Positions 34,808 to 49,595 of a DNA stretch of 64,000 bases are shown in pieces. A program made the translations under genes and the position numbers. The stretch is taken from contig OZ024742.1 of assembly GCA_964016885.1 (NCBI GenBank), positions 248,620,001 to 248,684,000 of the forward strand. Reading direction: 5' to 3'. This stretch comes from Eledone cirrhosa (lineage: Eukaryota). How positions within the stretch are numbered: the first letter of the stretch is position 1; every line of letters begins with the position of its first letter. Below the pieces are notes generated by a model. The model saw only the letters and a list, made by a program, of their open reading frames with translations. It did not search any database and was not told where the DNA came from.

Positions 34808-35343
34808 TGTGTGTGCGTGTGTGTGTGCGTGTTTGTGTATATGTATATATATGTGTGTGTGTATTTGCATGACGTACACAGGCAACCACACACACGCATA
34901 CACACGTACATACATACATGCGTGCATACGTACGTACATACATACATACATACATGCATGCATACATATTTACATACATTCATACAAACATAAAAACATA
35001 TATAGACAGACATACAGTCACGCAGACGCGTGCGCTGCAGATTGAAAATGTAATTGATTTGGTATCTGATTGAATGCATCACTATTTAGTCCATGCAGTG
35101 ATCGATATTGATGGATATCAATCGAACAAGAAGGAAATATGTTATGGTTTGATCAAATATATTCCTAATTTAATCGCATGTCTCTCTATAAATCCGCTCC
35201 ACCTTTCACACTCTAATGTCATAAAATATATGCATATATATATATATATATTCGTATATATATATATATTACGTATGAATATAATGTATATATGTATATA
35301 TATATATATATAATTTATATATATATATATACATATATATATG

Positions 35344-35436
<93 letters not shown>

Positions 35437-35599
35437 ATGTATATATGTATGTATATATTTATATAAATGTGTGTGTGTGTCTGTGACCAAATGTATATTA
35501 TATATGTATGTATGCATTGTTTCTTTTTATTAATTTCGAGTTTATTTTGATCGGCCGCATTTCCTTGGTCAAGGCATTAAAGAAAATGACATTTTTGCC

Positions 35600-36095
35600 G
35601 TCTTTTGCTCAAGTGTCCATCCTTTGAAAATTAATGTTTTACAGGTGTTGGAGGTCAGATATCTCGGTCATTTTTACCATATGAACTAAGATGTTGCGTT
35701 GCTAGCTCGAGAATATGAGTTCAGTCCTACTTTGTTCGTGTTTCTACACATCCTCTAGCTCCAATAATAATAGCTATGACACTGATTGTGTATTTTTCGT
35801 ACTTGTTCAACCTTCTCAAGTATGGTCCGTAGACATCATGTTTCTCGGGTATCTCCCTTATTAAATTAACATCTATTGGGCAGCTGCTTTCTACAAACGA
35901 GCACATATTCAATATGTTATTGTAATCATCAATATATCTCGGGTTGTGTTTTAATGTTGTGACAGATTTCTTTTGGAGAGGGGGGTTGGACATACGCCTC
36001 ATTATGTTCAGACTTATTTTTCTTGTTTTCTTCTTTTATATTGCATTTCAGTTGTTCTGGTTACCCCATCATGTCTCATGGTAAGGTGGTAAACA
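35600..36095 (-). mobile_element. Fragment of a restriction-like-endonuclease LINE (R2/R4 group) 3' end
   Basis: HLTMRHDGV, LKHN-P, FVESSCPIDVNL..EKHDVYGP, VIAIIIGARGCV; parallels the 49826-50300 peptides. Confidence 0.6.
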
Positions 36096-36112
36096 GAAGA
36101 CATTATTTCAAA

Positions 36113-36330
36113 AGGGCGGTGGAATGGCAGTATCGGTAGAGGATAGGACGCCATGATTTCCAGCATAGTATTACGTCCCTTTAGGGTCTGAGTTCAAATC
36201 CCGCCGAGGTTAACTTTAACTTTCATCCTTACGGCGTTGATAAATTAAAGCACCAGTGACCTACTGGGGTCGATTTAATCGACTCTCACCTTCTCCTAAA
36301 TTACTGCCCTTGTGCTTATACTAGAAAGCA
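36113..36330 (+). mobile_element. SINE family A, long subtype
   Basis: gggcggtggaatggcagtatcggtagag..gagttcaaatcccgccgagg..tactggggtcgatttaatcgact..ctagaaa. Confidence 0.9.
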
Positions 36331-36798
36331 TTCTTTCAAATTTGGCAATAATGTAGCTAACAACTTCGGCTTTTCATTTCCACAGTCAGCATTTAGTGTC
36401 AGTAGAGGTTATTTCCTCATTTGTGTGGTGATACCTGGGTGTGGAAGGTGGTTCCTGTTCCTGGAGTGCAAGAAAATAATATACAAGGTGGGATGCTATG
36501 AACTTGTCGGAACTCTGCGTAAGGTTTTTCGTCTGGTTTAACCCCCTTTGCATCGCTTCTTACGTCTCAAATACACATGTAAAAGATTCTCAATGAACTG
36601 CTCTATTTTTATTGTATGTACGCATGTATGTTTCTATGTATGTATGCATGTATGTATGTATTTATGTATCTATGTATGTATGGGTGTATGTGTGTATGTA
36701 TGTCAGTAGGTAGGTATGTCGGTAGTTGGGTAGCTAGAGAGTCATGAATGTCTGTATATATATATATATAATATATATATATATATATACGTATATGC

Positions 36799-36829
<31 letters not shown>

Positions 36830-36847
36830 ATATATATATATATATAC

Positions 36848-37032
36848 GGGCGGTGAATTGGCAGTATCGGCAGAGGGTCGGACGCCATGCTTTCCAACAT
36901 AGTTACGTCCCTTTACGATCTGAGTTCAAATCCTGCCGAGGATGACTTTGCCTTTCATCCTTACGGGGTCGATAAAATAAAGTACCAGTAATGCACTGGG
37001 TAATTGCTGGCCTTGTGCCTAAAGTAGAAACA
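36848..37032 (+). mobile_element. SINE family A, short subtype, inside (TA)n
   Basis: Full-length match to the family consensus. Confidence 0.9.
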
Positions 37033-37057
37033 AATATATATATATATACGTATATGC

Positions 37058-37105
<48 letters not shown>

Positions 37106-37129
37106 ATATATACATATATATATATATAT

Positions 37130-37176
<47 letters not shown>

Positions 37177-38440
37177 CGTGTGTGTGTGTGTGCGTGTGTG
37201 CATGTATGTATGTGTGTGTGCACAGTAGACAGGAAGAAATGTTATTTAAAACAGAACATGATTATATATCTAACTGTTATAAAACATATTTCAATATAGA
37301 TCCGGGTAACATGGATTGTTATCAAATGAAGCTACATAAATACTACAGTTAGTTAATACAAAAGCTTATTATAACAGATAAGTGTTTAAAAAGTAGAAAA
37401 TGTTGAGTGAAGAGAGAAATATTTAGTAAGAACATATCAGATAACATATAGCAGATGAATAATCTTAAAAACAGTTACACAACAATCATATTGCAGTATT
37501 CAATGATAAGTAGTTAACACAACGAAATCTGTCATAAGATTGGTGATGAGCAGTGCTATCCGAACAAAATGCCGTATTTACTGAAAACATTTGGGTAGGT
37601 TTGTCTCGTCCAATTAGTATAGAGATATGCAAGCTCAGGTTGTAGATTTGGTTATAGTAACTAACTTTGGAATGGAATTAAACGGAATGTCCCTCCGTCA
37701 GTTTCAACGATGAGTATGACAGCTCTCAAATCGGCAGTATGATCTACTTGTGAATTTAAAGTGTAAGAAGTTGCGTATTCCGCAACATGATTCTCAGAGA
37801 GATTCAACGTAATCATATGTGCATGGCTGTTGCTTTGATTTTACATGTACAATGCAGCCCATGGTTAAGCTTACCATGATATACGGGGACAATCAGTGTA
37901 AAACAATGTGACAAGTCTCGTCCATTGAATAAGAATAGTAATCCACCTGACAGGATGCCAAATAATTTCTGTCAACACATTTTCACTTTCCCTGGGGCTG
38001 TCGTAAATTCTCCGAGTCAGATCTGATTATGCAGAGCTCTGATCACTTGCGTTAGAGTCCCAACAATCATGCCTTTATTCTGAATGTTTAAAACAAAATT
38101 TATCAGTGTATCTTTCTTAGGACGGTACGAGTGCGATCTGTGGTAGGTTTGACTGGTAATTATAGTAAACCAAGCGCATGCGTACACACTCTTATTATTT
38201 AGCTATTTAGAATAAATTTTTTATGAATATTTTTTCTAAACTCTTTCATTTGTCTTATTTATTTACCCAGAGGTTAGTGTTTGAATTCACAATATTAAAT
38301 ATCGGTAAACGGGCCACACGTAACTCTTGAAACACAAACATACATTCATATACATTCATATACATATCCACATATATATATATATATATTTATTTATTAA
38401 AATAACAGATTAAAGTTTTAGTTTTCAAATTTATTATTAT

Positions 38441-38514
<74 letters not shown>

Positions 38515-38516
38515 TT

Positions 38517-38557
<41 letters not shown>

Positions 38558-38840
38558 TCTCTCATGAATGGAAACTTCCAGTGAAATAAAATAATTGTTT
38601 AAATGTTTAGAGAATTCCTTTTAGACCAAGTGATGGAAGTTTATCCAGAAAAGCAAAAGTTTATTAAAATTGTGATGGAAAAGTTGTGAATTGTAAACGA
38701 CAGCATAGATTTGTTTTCGTATGAATTATCGTTTAGAGTTAAAGCAATTAGAATGGGCAGTAAAAATGAGGATTTCAACTCACAATGTCAGAGACGAAAC
38801 GAAAATAAACAGACGGAAAGTAAAGCATAAGACAGAAAAA

Positions 38841-38893
<53 letters not shown>

Positions 38894-39266
38894 CGAAAGA
38901 AACATTATCTTTGAACGATAAATTGACAGCAAGTGAAACTCTTTCTAGATTTTTCGAATGAATGAGATGCGAAAGTAAGAAAACATTCTCTGTTTAGAAG
39001 CAACAATAACAACATTTCCACAACAACAACAATAGCAACAACGATGAGATTACCAAGAACATCAACGCTAGAAATAACAACACCAAAAACAACCACAAAA
39101 CCAACAACAACAGCAAGAACAACCAGAACACGAAAGATACTGTCTATCGATTTCGGCTGATGACCATACATATAGTATTGAATAAGAATAACTTTTGAAG
39201 AATTGACTATTCGAGAATCCGGCTGAAAATTAAGCAATAAAACAAACAATAAGTTTGTAAAAGATA

Positions 39267-39333
39267 CATCATCATCATCATCATCATCATCATCATTATC
39301 ATCATCATCATCACCACCATCATCATCATCATC

Positions 39334-39385
<52 letters not shown>

Positions 39386-39460
39386 CCATCATCACCATCA
39401 TCATCATCATCATCACCATCATCATCATAATCATCATTATCATCAACACCATCAACAACA
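39267..39460. repeat. (ATC)n/(ACC) microsatellite
   Basis: Visible directly; source of the poly-Asp and poly-Met ORFs. Confidence 0.95.
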
Positions 39461-39861
39461 ACTGTAAAGTATAATGTAGACATTGGTAGATGTTTCAGTC
39501 GAATTAGGCTCAGTCGACATCTAGATAGATTTCAATAATTACAATCCATAGTAAGACAGCTAGAACCGTCATCGACTATCGAACTTGGCAGTCTTCAATG
39601 AAGAAAGCAAACAGGTTAATTCCAATAAACGTACAATTCTTTCGGTCGTTCTTAGCAATAATTTGCTCGTTGAAGTGGCTGACTTAAAGAATTTCACGAC
39701 ATTTTTAGCGAGAACTCAGTGTGATTTAATATAAGCTACGATTAAAGACAACAAGAATACAACCCAGACTATGTATACAGCCATATAGATAATTACACAG
39801 ACTCACGCACACACAAACCGACATACAACACACACACATATATATTTATATATACATGCAT

Positions 39862-39937
<76 letters not shown>

Positions 39938-39968
39938 ATCTGCATATATTTATATATATATGCATATG

Positions 39969-40026
<58 letters not shown>

Positions 40027-40389
40027 TACAAACATATACATATATGTATGGGTGTGTGTGTGTGCATACACATATGTATATGGTAGGCTATTGTGTGAAA
40101 TAGTAGGTAATAAGTGTAGTTTTATCTAAATCTGTCGACCATTTGAACGGCTTCACATTGATAAAAGAACAAATATTATGAGAGTTAAGTAGAGAGGGGG
40201 AGATAGACAGAGAGTGAGAGATAAAGATAGTAATAGAGAGAGAGTGAGAGTGATAGAGAGAGTTTGTAAAACTAAACGCGAGCTGGGTGGGCGTTGTTGC
40301 AGCCTCTCTACCTGTCGATAGTAATGTAATAACTGTCAAATATTGTGTCTCAAAAAGGAGGAGCAATGGTTATGTTGTATAGAACAACA

Positions 40390-40613
40390 CGTCATCGACA
40401 TTGATGTATTGGTGGTGGTGGTGGTGGTGGTGGTGGTGGTGGTGGTGTTAGTGTTAGTGGTAGTCGGGGTTCCAGTGGCATTGCTGGTGGTGGTGCTGGT
40501 AATAGTGCAGGTAATGGTGGAGCTAGCGGTAGTATTGATAGTGGTGATGGTGTCGGTGGTAGTAATAGTGGTGGTGATATCGATGGTAGCGGCGGTGGTA
40601 GTGATATTAGTGG

Positions 40614-40644
<31 letters not shown>

Positions 40645-40900
40645 TATAGTGGTGATGTGCTGATGGTTGCTATGGAGTTGGAGACTGTGGGTATGATGTT
40701 GGAGTGTATAAATGATATCTGTGTGAGTGGGGGCCTCCAGTGTCAATAATGGTGGAAAATGTGGTGACGAGGATGGTGCTGATATTTGTAATGATCGTGG
40801 TGATGGTGCAGATGGAAGTTGTGGTGCTGGTTGTAGTAGTGGTTAATATTGTTGGAACTGGTTTTGTCAGCGGTGCATCATGTGTTGGTAGTGGTGTCAT
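40390..40900. repeat. Degenerate (GGT)n low-complexity tract
   Basis: Visible directly; source of the poly-Thr and poly-Val ORFs. Confidence 0.9.
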
Positions 40901-41948
40901 GTATGAGCATGTTTGATCTACCAAGTTATATTGTGTCTACTCCAAACTAAACACCGTACTGTATATATATACTCCAGTATACAGTTATGTCATTCTTCAT
41001 TGGTGTACAATTTAAAATATTTAATTTCTTCCATTCTCCAGTTTATCCTTGCTCTCCTGTAAATACCACACACTCTGACATGTATTGTTGAATTCTGTGG
41101 CATACAATACTGGTATATTTTACTCTATACTCATGTTAATGTATTTATATAGCATAATATACACACTACAGTCTAACATGCAGTAATGAATTGTATGATA
41201 TATAATGTGGCAGTCGGGACGAACTATTCCTTTCCTGTTACATTTTAGACTACATCTGTATTCCTGTAAATACTACACAGTCCGCCATTTTTTGATAATC
41301 CGGAGGTGTTCCACTCTCTCCACTGTCTAGTCTATTTGTGAACTCTGCACATACTGCGTATTCCTATGTAATAACCTATCCATTACCAGAGACTCCGGTG
41401 CTCAGCATTTTGATGACTGGAAAGGAGGCTTTGTACTGACAGTTGCGAAATTTAACCATCAGCAAATGGTAAAATATTACCGATTAATGGAAATATGACT
41501 AAGTGGTTATGTAAGAAACATTGCAAGGTGATTGAGTCTGGGTCCATATGAATACTTTATAATACACAGGGGATACAGTGGATATATGATTATGCAATAA
41601 TATATTCGGGGTATTCTAGTGATTTATATATTGTATATAATTGTCTACAAACCATACGCAGGGAATTCTTCAATTGTTGTTGTTTTTACTCTGCTTCATT
41701 CGAATATTTAATAATAATTAGGTAAGACAATGGTATAGTATAGAATCGTCAAGCTAAACTGAAACTCAAAATAAGTGCGCGAAGCAGTCTATAGACAATA
41801 ACAAGTTGTATTCTAATAGTTGATTGCATTACACGCGCGCTGATAAGTATACATACAAACAGAAATAAATACATACATACATGCATATATACATACATAT
41901 TTAATATTACTCACATTATATATATATATATGTGTGTGTGTGTGTATG

Positions 41949-41979
<31 letters not shown>

Positions 41980-42044
41980 GTGTGTGTATGTATATATATA
42001 TATATATGTATATATGTATATATATATATATGTGTGTGTGTGTG

Positions 42045-42129
<85 letters not shown>

Positions 42130-42159
42130 ATATATATATATATTTATATATATATATAT

Positions 42160-43954
42160 CTTAGTCTTAGTTTTAGTTCCTCCAGTCCCTTGTGATACAT
42201 TGGGCGACGAGCTTCCTCCACTTGATCCTGTCACTGGCGACCCTTCTAGCACCTCTCCAGGTAATTCCCATCTCCCGCAGATCCTCCCTTAATGTGCTCC
42301 GCCATCTTTTTCGTGGTCTTCCCCGTTCTCTCCTGCCACCTTCTTGTACCCAATCCATGGCAATATGAGTAGGTCAATCTGCCGGCAAACGAATGATGTG
42401 GCCCGCGAACCGCCGTCTCCTTTTCCAAACAATGTCCCTTAATCTCTCCAATCCTGACCTCCTCATCACTTCCTCGCTGCTAACTTAGTCTCTCCATGAA
42501 ATGTTCAATATGGTCCGAATGCAACGACAGTGGAATACATCAAGTTTTTTACATACACTTTCCGTACTCTTCCATGTCTCACAGGCATATATCGCTGTTC
42601 GTACTACAATGGACATGTAAACACGGAATTTGACGGTGTTGCCGATGGAACACCTGGACCATACCGGACGGAGTCGCTGGAAGACAGCCGCTGCTTTTCC
42701 CAGCCTTGTGCGCACATTAATCTCAGCATCCCCATCGTCAGAGATGTTGCTGCCAAGGTATTGGAAGTGGTTTACACATTCAATGTTACGCTGACTAACC
42801 ATGATGGGAGGTTTTGGAGGGTCACCTGTCGACATGGTCTTGGTTTTTTCACACCTGATGCGCAGGCCAACTTTCTCTGCATTGTCATTTAGAACGTTTG
42901 TCATCTCTTGCAGGTCTTCTCGGAAATGGCCTATCACTGCGATGTCATCGGCAAAGTCCTGGTCGCTTAATCTCCTTCCATCCCAACTGATGCTAAAACG
43001 AGGGTCACTCATTGTCTTCTCCATGATGAAATCGATGACAATGAGGAAAAGGAAAGGCGAAAGGATGCAGCAATGTCGAACACCCGTCAAGATGTCAAAC
43101 ATTTCCGTGTTTCCGTCCTTTGTCCTGACGCAGCACCTGGAATGTCGGTACAGCGACCTGAATATGTTAATATATTTCTCTGGGACACCGTAGAGTCTTA
43201 CAATCTTCCACAATGAGTCCCCACGAATACTGTCGAAAGCTTTTCTGAAGTCAATGTAGTTGACAAGGGACTTGATGAACTCCCGACATTGTTCAATGAT
43301 ATTTCGGAGAGTGAAGTTCTGCTCTGAACAAGACTTTCCACTGCGGAAGCCAGCCTGTTCGTCTCGAAGATGACGATCTACTTCTGCTCTTAGCCGGTTC
43401 AGGATGACTGTGCAGAATACCATCCCTGGCACTGATAGCAACGTGATCCCTCTCCAGTTGTTGCAGTCGCTGAGACAGCCCTTCTTCGGTAGTGGTAAAA
43501 TCACTCCATTTCTCCAGTCCTCCGGCACCTCCTCTTCTTGCCAAATCACGTTGCATAAATCGAGCTGCAGAGGCACAGGTGGCAGCAGATCGAAATGATT
43601 CCAAGACGCTGTACCAGATCGTTAGAGAACTAACTGGAGGACGAAGTGGAAGCTGTTTGCTAATCAAGAGCAAAGATGGTCGGATGCTTGCAGCCAATGA
43701 AGGGCAGGGCCAGAGGTGGAACGAACACTTTCGTGAGGTCCTCAATCAGCCATCCCCCAACACAGTCTTCGAGCTTGACTTGGAGGAAGCGAGCTACCGG
43801 CTGGATGTACGACTAGACGACATCACAAGTGCTGAGGTGGCCAAGGCCATCCGCTGCCAAAAGAATAACAAAGCGGCAGGGCTGGATGAGATTCTTGCAG
43901 AGCTTCTGAAGCACGGCAAGGATGTAATAGAGGAGCAGCTACCCCATTTATGCA

Positions 43955-43955
<1 letters not shown>
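42160..43955 (-). mobile_element. RTE-clade LINE, 5'-truncated with a 5' inversion, inside (TA)n
   Basis: Minus 43560-42173: NWRGITLLS, QAGFRSG, IDFRKAFDS, DFADD, FQYLGS, RGRPRKRW, DRIKWR, tail (actaag)n. Plus 43561-43953: upstream ORF part RWNEHFREVLN..NNKAAGLDEILAELLK. Confidence 0.92.
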
Positions 43956-43987
<32 letters not shown>

Positions 43988-44015
43988 GATAAATATATAT
44001 ATATTACCAACATTA

Positions 44016-44185
44016 GGGCGGTGGATTGGCAGTATCGGTAGAGAGTCGGACGCCATGCTTTAACGCAGAGTTACGTCCCTTGCCATACCGAGTTCAAATC
44101 CCGCTGAGGTTAACTTTGCCTTTCATCCTTACGGGTTCGTAATACACTGGGAAATTGCTGGCCTTGACCCAAAAGTAGAAACAAT
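44016..44185 (+). mobile_element. SINE family A
   Basis: gggcggtggattggcagtatcggtagag..gagttcaaatcccgctgagg..gtagaaacaatt with a small internal deletion. Confidence 0.88.
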
Positions 44186-44187
44186 TA

Positions 44188-44218
<31 letters not shown>

Positions 44219-44227
44219 TGATAGAAT

Positions 44228-44278
<51 letters not shown>

Positions 44279-44379
44279 GTACATACATTTATACATACAT
44301 ACACACACTCATACATACATGCATACATACATACATACATACATACATACATACATACATACATACATACATACATACA

Positions 44380-44412
<33 letters not shown>

Positions 44413-45128
44413 TCGGAGTGATTATGTATCGATATTAAATATTAATTCCAGCCTATTATCTCGTAGCTATTTCATAGATTTTCATATTCCATTTTTTAAG
44501 AATTTTTTTTCGCTTATATTTTTCATTCGTCATTTGGAACTTTTTTATAGGTTTCTTTCTACTCTTCCTTCCGACATCTCACCATGGTGCTTCATATTTT
44601 CGCTCATAAATGGTGGAAATTCTTGGATTTCATTAAGACGAAAAACGAAAAAAATTCGCAGGAAAATAACATGACATAAAAGTGAACCTAAAAGAAAAAC
44701 AGCGTAAAAGCAAGATTTTGAAGAGCAAATTGCATAGTAAAATTACGTTGTATATGTATGTATGCATGTATGTATGCATATATGTATGTGTGTATGTATT
44801 CACCTATGTATGTATGTATTCACCTATGCCTGTATGTGTGTGTGCAAGTTCGTGTGTATGTATATCTGTATGTGTGGATATGCGTGTGTGTATGCATGCA
44901 TGCACTTACGTATGCATGTAGCTCTCTATTCGTATGTGTATCTTCGTGAGTATATAAGAATGTATGCATGTATAAATATGTGTATGTATGTATGTATGTT
45001 TGTATATATGTACATATGTATATACGCACGTATGTATGTGTGAAGTTAAGGATGTATGAATGTTTGTTCATATATCTTTATACATGCATGCATTCATAAA
45101 GATGAATATAATAGATAAAAATTAATCT

Positions 45129-45201
<73 letters not shown>

Positions 45202-45661
45202 AGTATGTATGCACGTACGTCTGTTTTTGTGTAAGTTTCTAAGTATGTTTGTATGTATATAAAGATTTATGAGATACGTGCATATATATCTATACATACA
45301 TACATACATACATACATACATACATACATACATACATACATACATAATATAATAAATAACAATTAAACCACACACCACCACCACCACCAAGAATAACAAC
45401 GAAAAAAGCAGCAGATACAAGAGAGGCAGAATGAAGATCATTTCTCCAAGAAGTCGTTCAATGCTTTTAGAGAATTATCTGCTATAAATTGCAGTGTTGC
45501 ATCCCTTACCGATAATGTTTACCTTCACAGCATACATTGGATCTGTTGCTACATTAACGGTAATTAATATACGTGGTGTTTACCATTTTTCAGTTATTTT
45601 CACGTTAATGTAGCAAATAATTCACACACACACATACGCAAGTTTATATATATATATATAT

Positions 45662-45962
45662 ATATATTGGTAAACGGAATAGAAAATGGTGACAAATTGT
45701 TCACAGTTGAAAAATGGTTTAATTAGGAATAAAAGAGTATTAGTGATTGTATGGGTTAGTATTCAGTTGTGGTTTTAAGTTTTTAAGTTTTTAAGTTTTT
45801 ACCGGTTGCGCATTTCTAAATGCGCAACCGGTAAAAACTTAAAAACTTAAAACCACAACTGAATACTAACCCATACAATCACTAATACTCTTTTATTCCT
45901 AATTAAACCATTTTTCAACTGTGAACAATTTGTCAGCATTTTCTATTCCGTTTACCAATATA
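45662..45962. repeat. Fold-back palindrome, ~150-bp arms, 2-nt spacer, between (TA)n tracts
   Basis: Centre accggttgcgcattt|ct|aaatgcgcaaccggt; arms differ by about one substitution and one ttttaagt unit. Confidence 0.95.
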
Positions 45963-45985
45963 TAACTTGTGTGTTACACCTCTAT

Positions 45986-46084
<99 letters not shown>

Positions 46085-46162
46085 GTATGTATATATATAC
46101 ATATATATACATATATATACATATATATACTTAAATATATATACATATATATACTTACTTAG

Positions 46163-46297
<135 letters not shown>

Positions 46298-46400
46298 ATA
46301 TACATATATATACGTATATATACATCCATACATATATATCAATATATATATATATGAGAAAATGTGTATTTGTATATGTATACAGCAACACACACGCTTG

Positions 46401-46432
<32 letters not shown>

Positions 46433-47040
46433 TATATATATGTGTGTGTGTGTGTGAGTGTGTGTGTGTGCGTATGTGTGTGTGTATGTATGTGTGTAAT
46501 TATAGGTGATGTACTAAAGAGTGAATTATTTTATATATCCAAATTGCTGGAAATTTGCTATAATCTACGAATATTATGAATGAATGGAAACAGATAATTA
46601 CCTTCATTCATATGCATCTAAATGTACAAACAGACATCCACATACTCATTCACACACATACACACCCACACACACTCCCATGCACACATATACACACATA
46701 GGCACAAATATATATATATATATTATGCAAATTAGCATAGCATGGCGTCCGACGCTCTACCGATACTCCCAATCCAACGCTCTGCAGTTTCTATATAATA
46801 AAATCCAAAAGCTACTATTATCTACTGCGACAATGTCCAATTACGAAATAGGTCATGCTCCCCCAACTTTCGCTGTCTTGTGACTTTAAATCTTCAAACA
46901 CCCACATAGTTGATTTGATGCCGTGCATCAGGAAGTCTACTTCCTACAGAACAACATAAACAACAAACAAAAACAAATAATCTAAAAATAACCAAGCCAT
47001 TAAAGAAATAAGCAATATGAATATATGTATATATTTATTC

Positions 47041-47136
<96 letters not shown>

Positions 47137-47164
47137 TATATATATATATTTTTTTTCAGTTATT

Positions 47165-47581
47165 TTCAGTCACTCTCTCTTAGCTGGCCTCTTCCTCACG
47201 CTTTCACTCACTCTCTGCTTCTCCCCCTCTCTCACTTCCTCCCGTTTGACCTGTATAAAATCCTTTTCTCGCTCACATCTCACCCAGGTCGGATGGTCTT
47301 TACCTCTCGTCTATGATTTCACCGAACTTAAGTTCATAGATATCACGGACTTGTCTCTTCTCTTCCTCTCTTTCCGTTGCATCACCATTTATGTTTGTTT
47401 ACATGTCTCGCTCGCTTCACCCTATTTTACGTGTCCCAATAACTTTCTTTAGTTATTGCTCGCACCAACCAGAGGTATATGATCTTTAAAGCGAATAAAT
47501 ACCAATGAAGGTTGGAAGATCACTGATGAAGGACTAATGTTATTCATTTGTAAGCCATGTGCAACCACGCAGCACGTCATT

Positions 47582-47590
<9 letters not shown>
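47165..47590 (+). mobile_element. Copy of the 8779-9258 repeat family between (TA)n tracts
   Basis: Colinear similarity to the reverse complement of 8779-9258; CTGATGA at 47523. Confidence 0.7.
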
Positions 47591-47629
<39 letters not shown>

Positions 47630-47630
<1 letters not shown>

Positions 47631-48400
47631 ATAAGAAACGGAGAATAAGTAGTGCGACGAATTAAAATTGATTAGACATATTACAATCGTTTCTCTGGCG
47701 ACCACCTCGAGGCACGATCGATGAAATGATCGAACCTGACTGGAATCGCAGGATCCTCAGATACGTTTCGATCTTCCGAAGCAGAGTTTCCAAAAAATTT
47801 GGAATTTATGAATGTGATGGATCATTCTGACCATAGAGCATATGTTGATGTGTATTGCAGCAATTCCCTTCCAGAAAATGGTACCTTTTGCAATGGTATT
47901 TTGCCTTGAGGAACCTCCCTAGCAACCAATGGCCGGCTTTCGATTGACCTAAAATGATCAGGTCTCCTCCCGTGCCGGATTCCTTGACAATCATGGTTCG
48001 ATCTCTTTTGATTGATGCATGTCTGGGAATTTCTTACCAGACCAGTTACCAGGTTCATTAGACGGGGAATCTTCCGCTGCGGTAGAAGTCTTGTAAGATG
48101 TCAAAGAAGAGGTTGGGATGCAGGCGTAAAGCTAGTAGAACAGAAAATGCAAACTAAGTGATTGAGTTTTCTTAGTCATCATCAGACTTATATCAATGTC
48201 TGTATTCGGTTTTCCGCAAAACTCCGCCCCCATCAAAAGAAACACGGCAGGCCGTCGCGGTAGGCACTGAAGTCTATCATGTGATTCATTTCACCACTGC
48301 TCCTCAACATTTGAGCAAAATATCGCTGCAATGCGTCTGAGGTCTGTCTGAAGACGAGTAAAATGCGACCTTCCTGGTTCGCCAAAAACCGGAATATCAA
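47630..48400 (-). mobile_element. Penelope-like remnant with long-stem hammerhead-like core
   Basis: Minus strand CTGAGGA (47760-47754)-tc-ctgcgatt...ggtcgccag-a-GAAAC (47693-47689), then (TA)n; the upstream peptide AGH...KRYHFLEG weakly resembles a Penelope endonuclease C-terminus. Confidence 0.5.
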
Positions 48401-48489
48401 AAGAGTTTTCGCTGTATGTGTATACCAATCAACTCTGAGCCAAATGTGTATTAATGTTATTGTTAAATTTGGGATGTTACATCCCTTTG

Positions 48490-49560
48490 AGTTCTAAGTT
48501 CAAATCCCACTGATGTTGGCTTTGTCTTTCATCCTTACGGGGTCGTTAAAATAAAGTACCGGTCACGTACTGGGGCGGATTTAAACGAATTTCCCCTCCC
48601 GAAAATTGCTGGCCTTGTGTCCATATAAGAAACCATTATTATTATGGCAGTATCGATAGAGGGTCGGACACCATGCTCTGCAACATAGAGTTACTGCCCT
48701 TTCCATTCTGAGTTCAAATCCAGCTGAGGTTAACTTTGCCTTTCATCCTTACGGGCTCGATAAATTAAAGTACCAGTAATGCACTGGCCCTGTGCCAAAA
48801 GTAGAAACAATTATTATTATTGAGGGCGGGGGATTGGCAGTATCGGTAGAGCGTCGGACGCCATACTTTGCAGCATAGAGTTACGGCCTTTTATGATCTG
48901 AGTTCAAATTCTACCGAGGTTAACTTTTCTTTCCATCCTTACGGGGTCTATAAAATAAAGTACCAGTAACGCACTGGCGTCGGATTAAGGGACTTTCCCC
49001 TCCTCCAAAATTGCTGGCTTTGTGCCTATATAAGAAACCATTATTGTTATTATATTTGAGGGCAGTGGATTGTCAGTATCGGTAGAAAGCTTTGCAGCAT
49101 AGACTTACGAACATTTACGGTCTGAGTCCAAATCCCGCCGAGGTTAACTTTGCCTTTTATCCTTACGGGTCGATAAAATAAAGCACCAGTAACGTACTGC
49201 GATTGATTTAATCGACTTTCCCCTTCCCCACGATTAATGGCCTCGTGCCTATATAAGAAACCATTATTATTAATGCTGAGGTTAACTTTACCTTTCACCC
49301 TTACGGGGTCGATAAAATAAAGTACCAGTAATATCTGAGTAATTGCTGGCTTTGTGCTAAAAATAGAAACAATTATTATAATTGCTATTATTAATATTAG
49401 AGGATTGGCAGTATCGGTAGAGGGCCGGACACTATGCCTTATGGTCTGAGATCTAATCCCGCCGAGGTTAACTTTGCCTTTCATCCTTATAGGGTCGATA
49501 AAATAAGGTACCAGTAATACACTGGGATAATTGCTGGCCTTGTGCCAAGAGTAGAAACAA
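48490..49560 (+). mobile_element. Head-to-tail tandem array of about 6 SINE-A copies separated by (ATT)n tails
   Basis: Units start near 48490, 48645, 48823, 49059, 49275 and 49400; each has cc/tttcatccttacggg..taaaataaagtacc and ends in agaaac + (att)n. Confidence 0.9.
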
Positions 49561-49595
49561 TTAATATTATGATTAGTATTATCATTATTATTATT

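Noticed and set aside
38905-40924. Poly-Asp, poly-Met, poly-Thr and poly-Val ORFs resembling acidic or mucin-like proteins
   Set aside because: Trinucleotide microsatellites lacking stops in several frames; no domain or splice support.
48490-49560. Repeat-spacer appearance suggestive of a CRISPR array or tRNA gene cluster
   Set aside because: Eukaryotic context; units are 100-220-bp SINEs without unique spacers, cas genes or a full cloverleaf.
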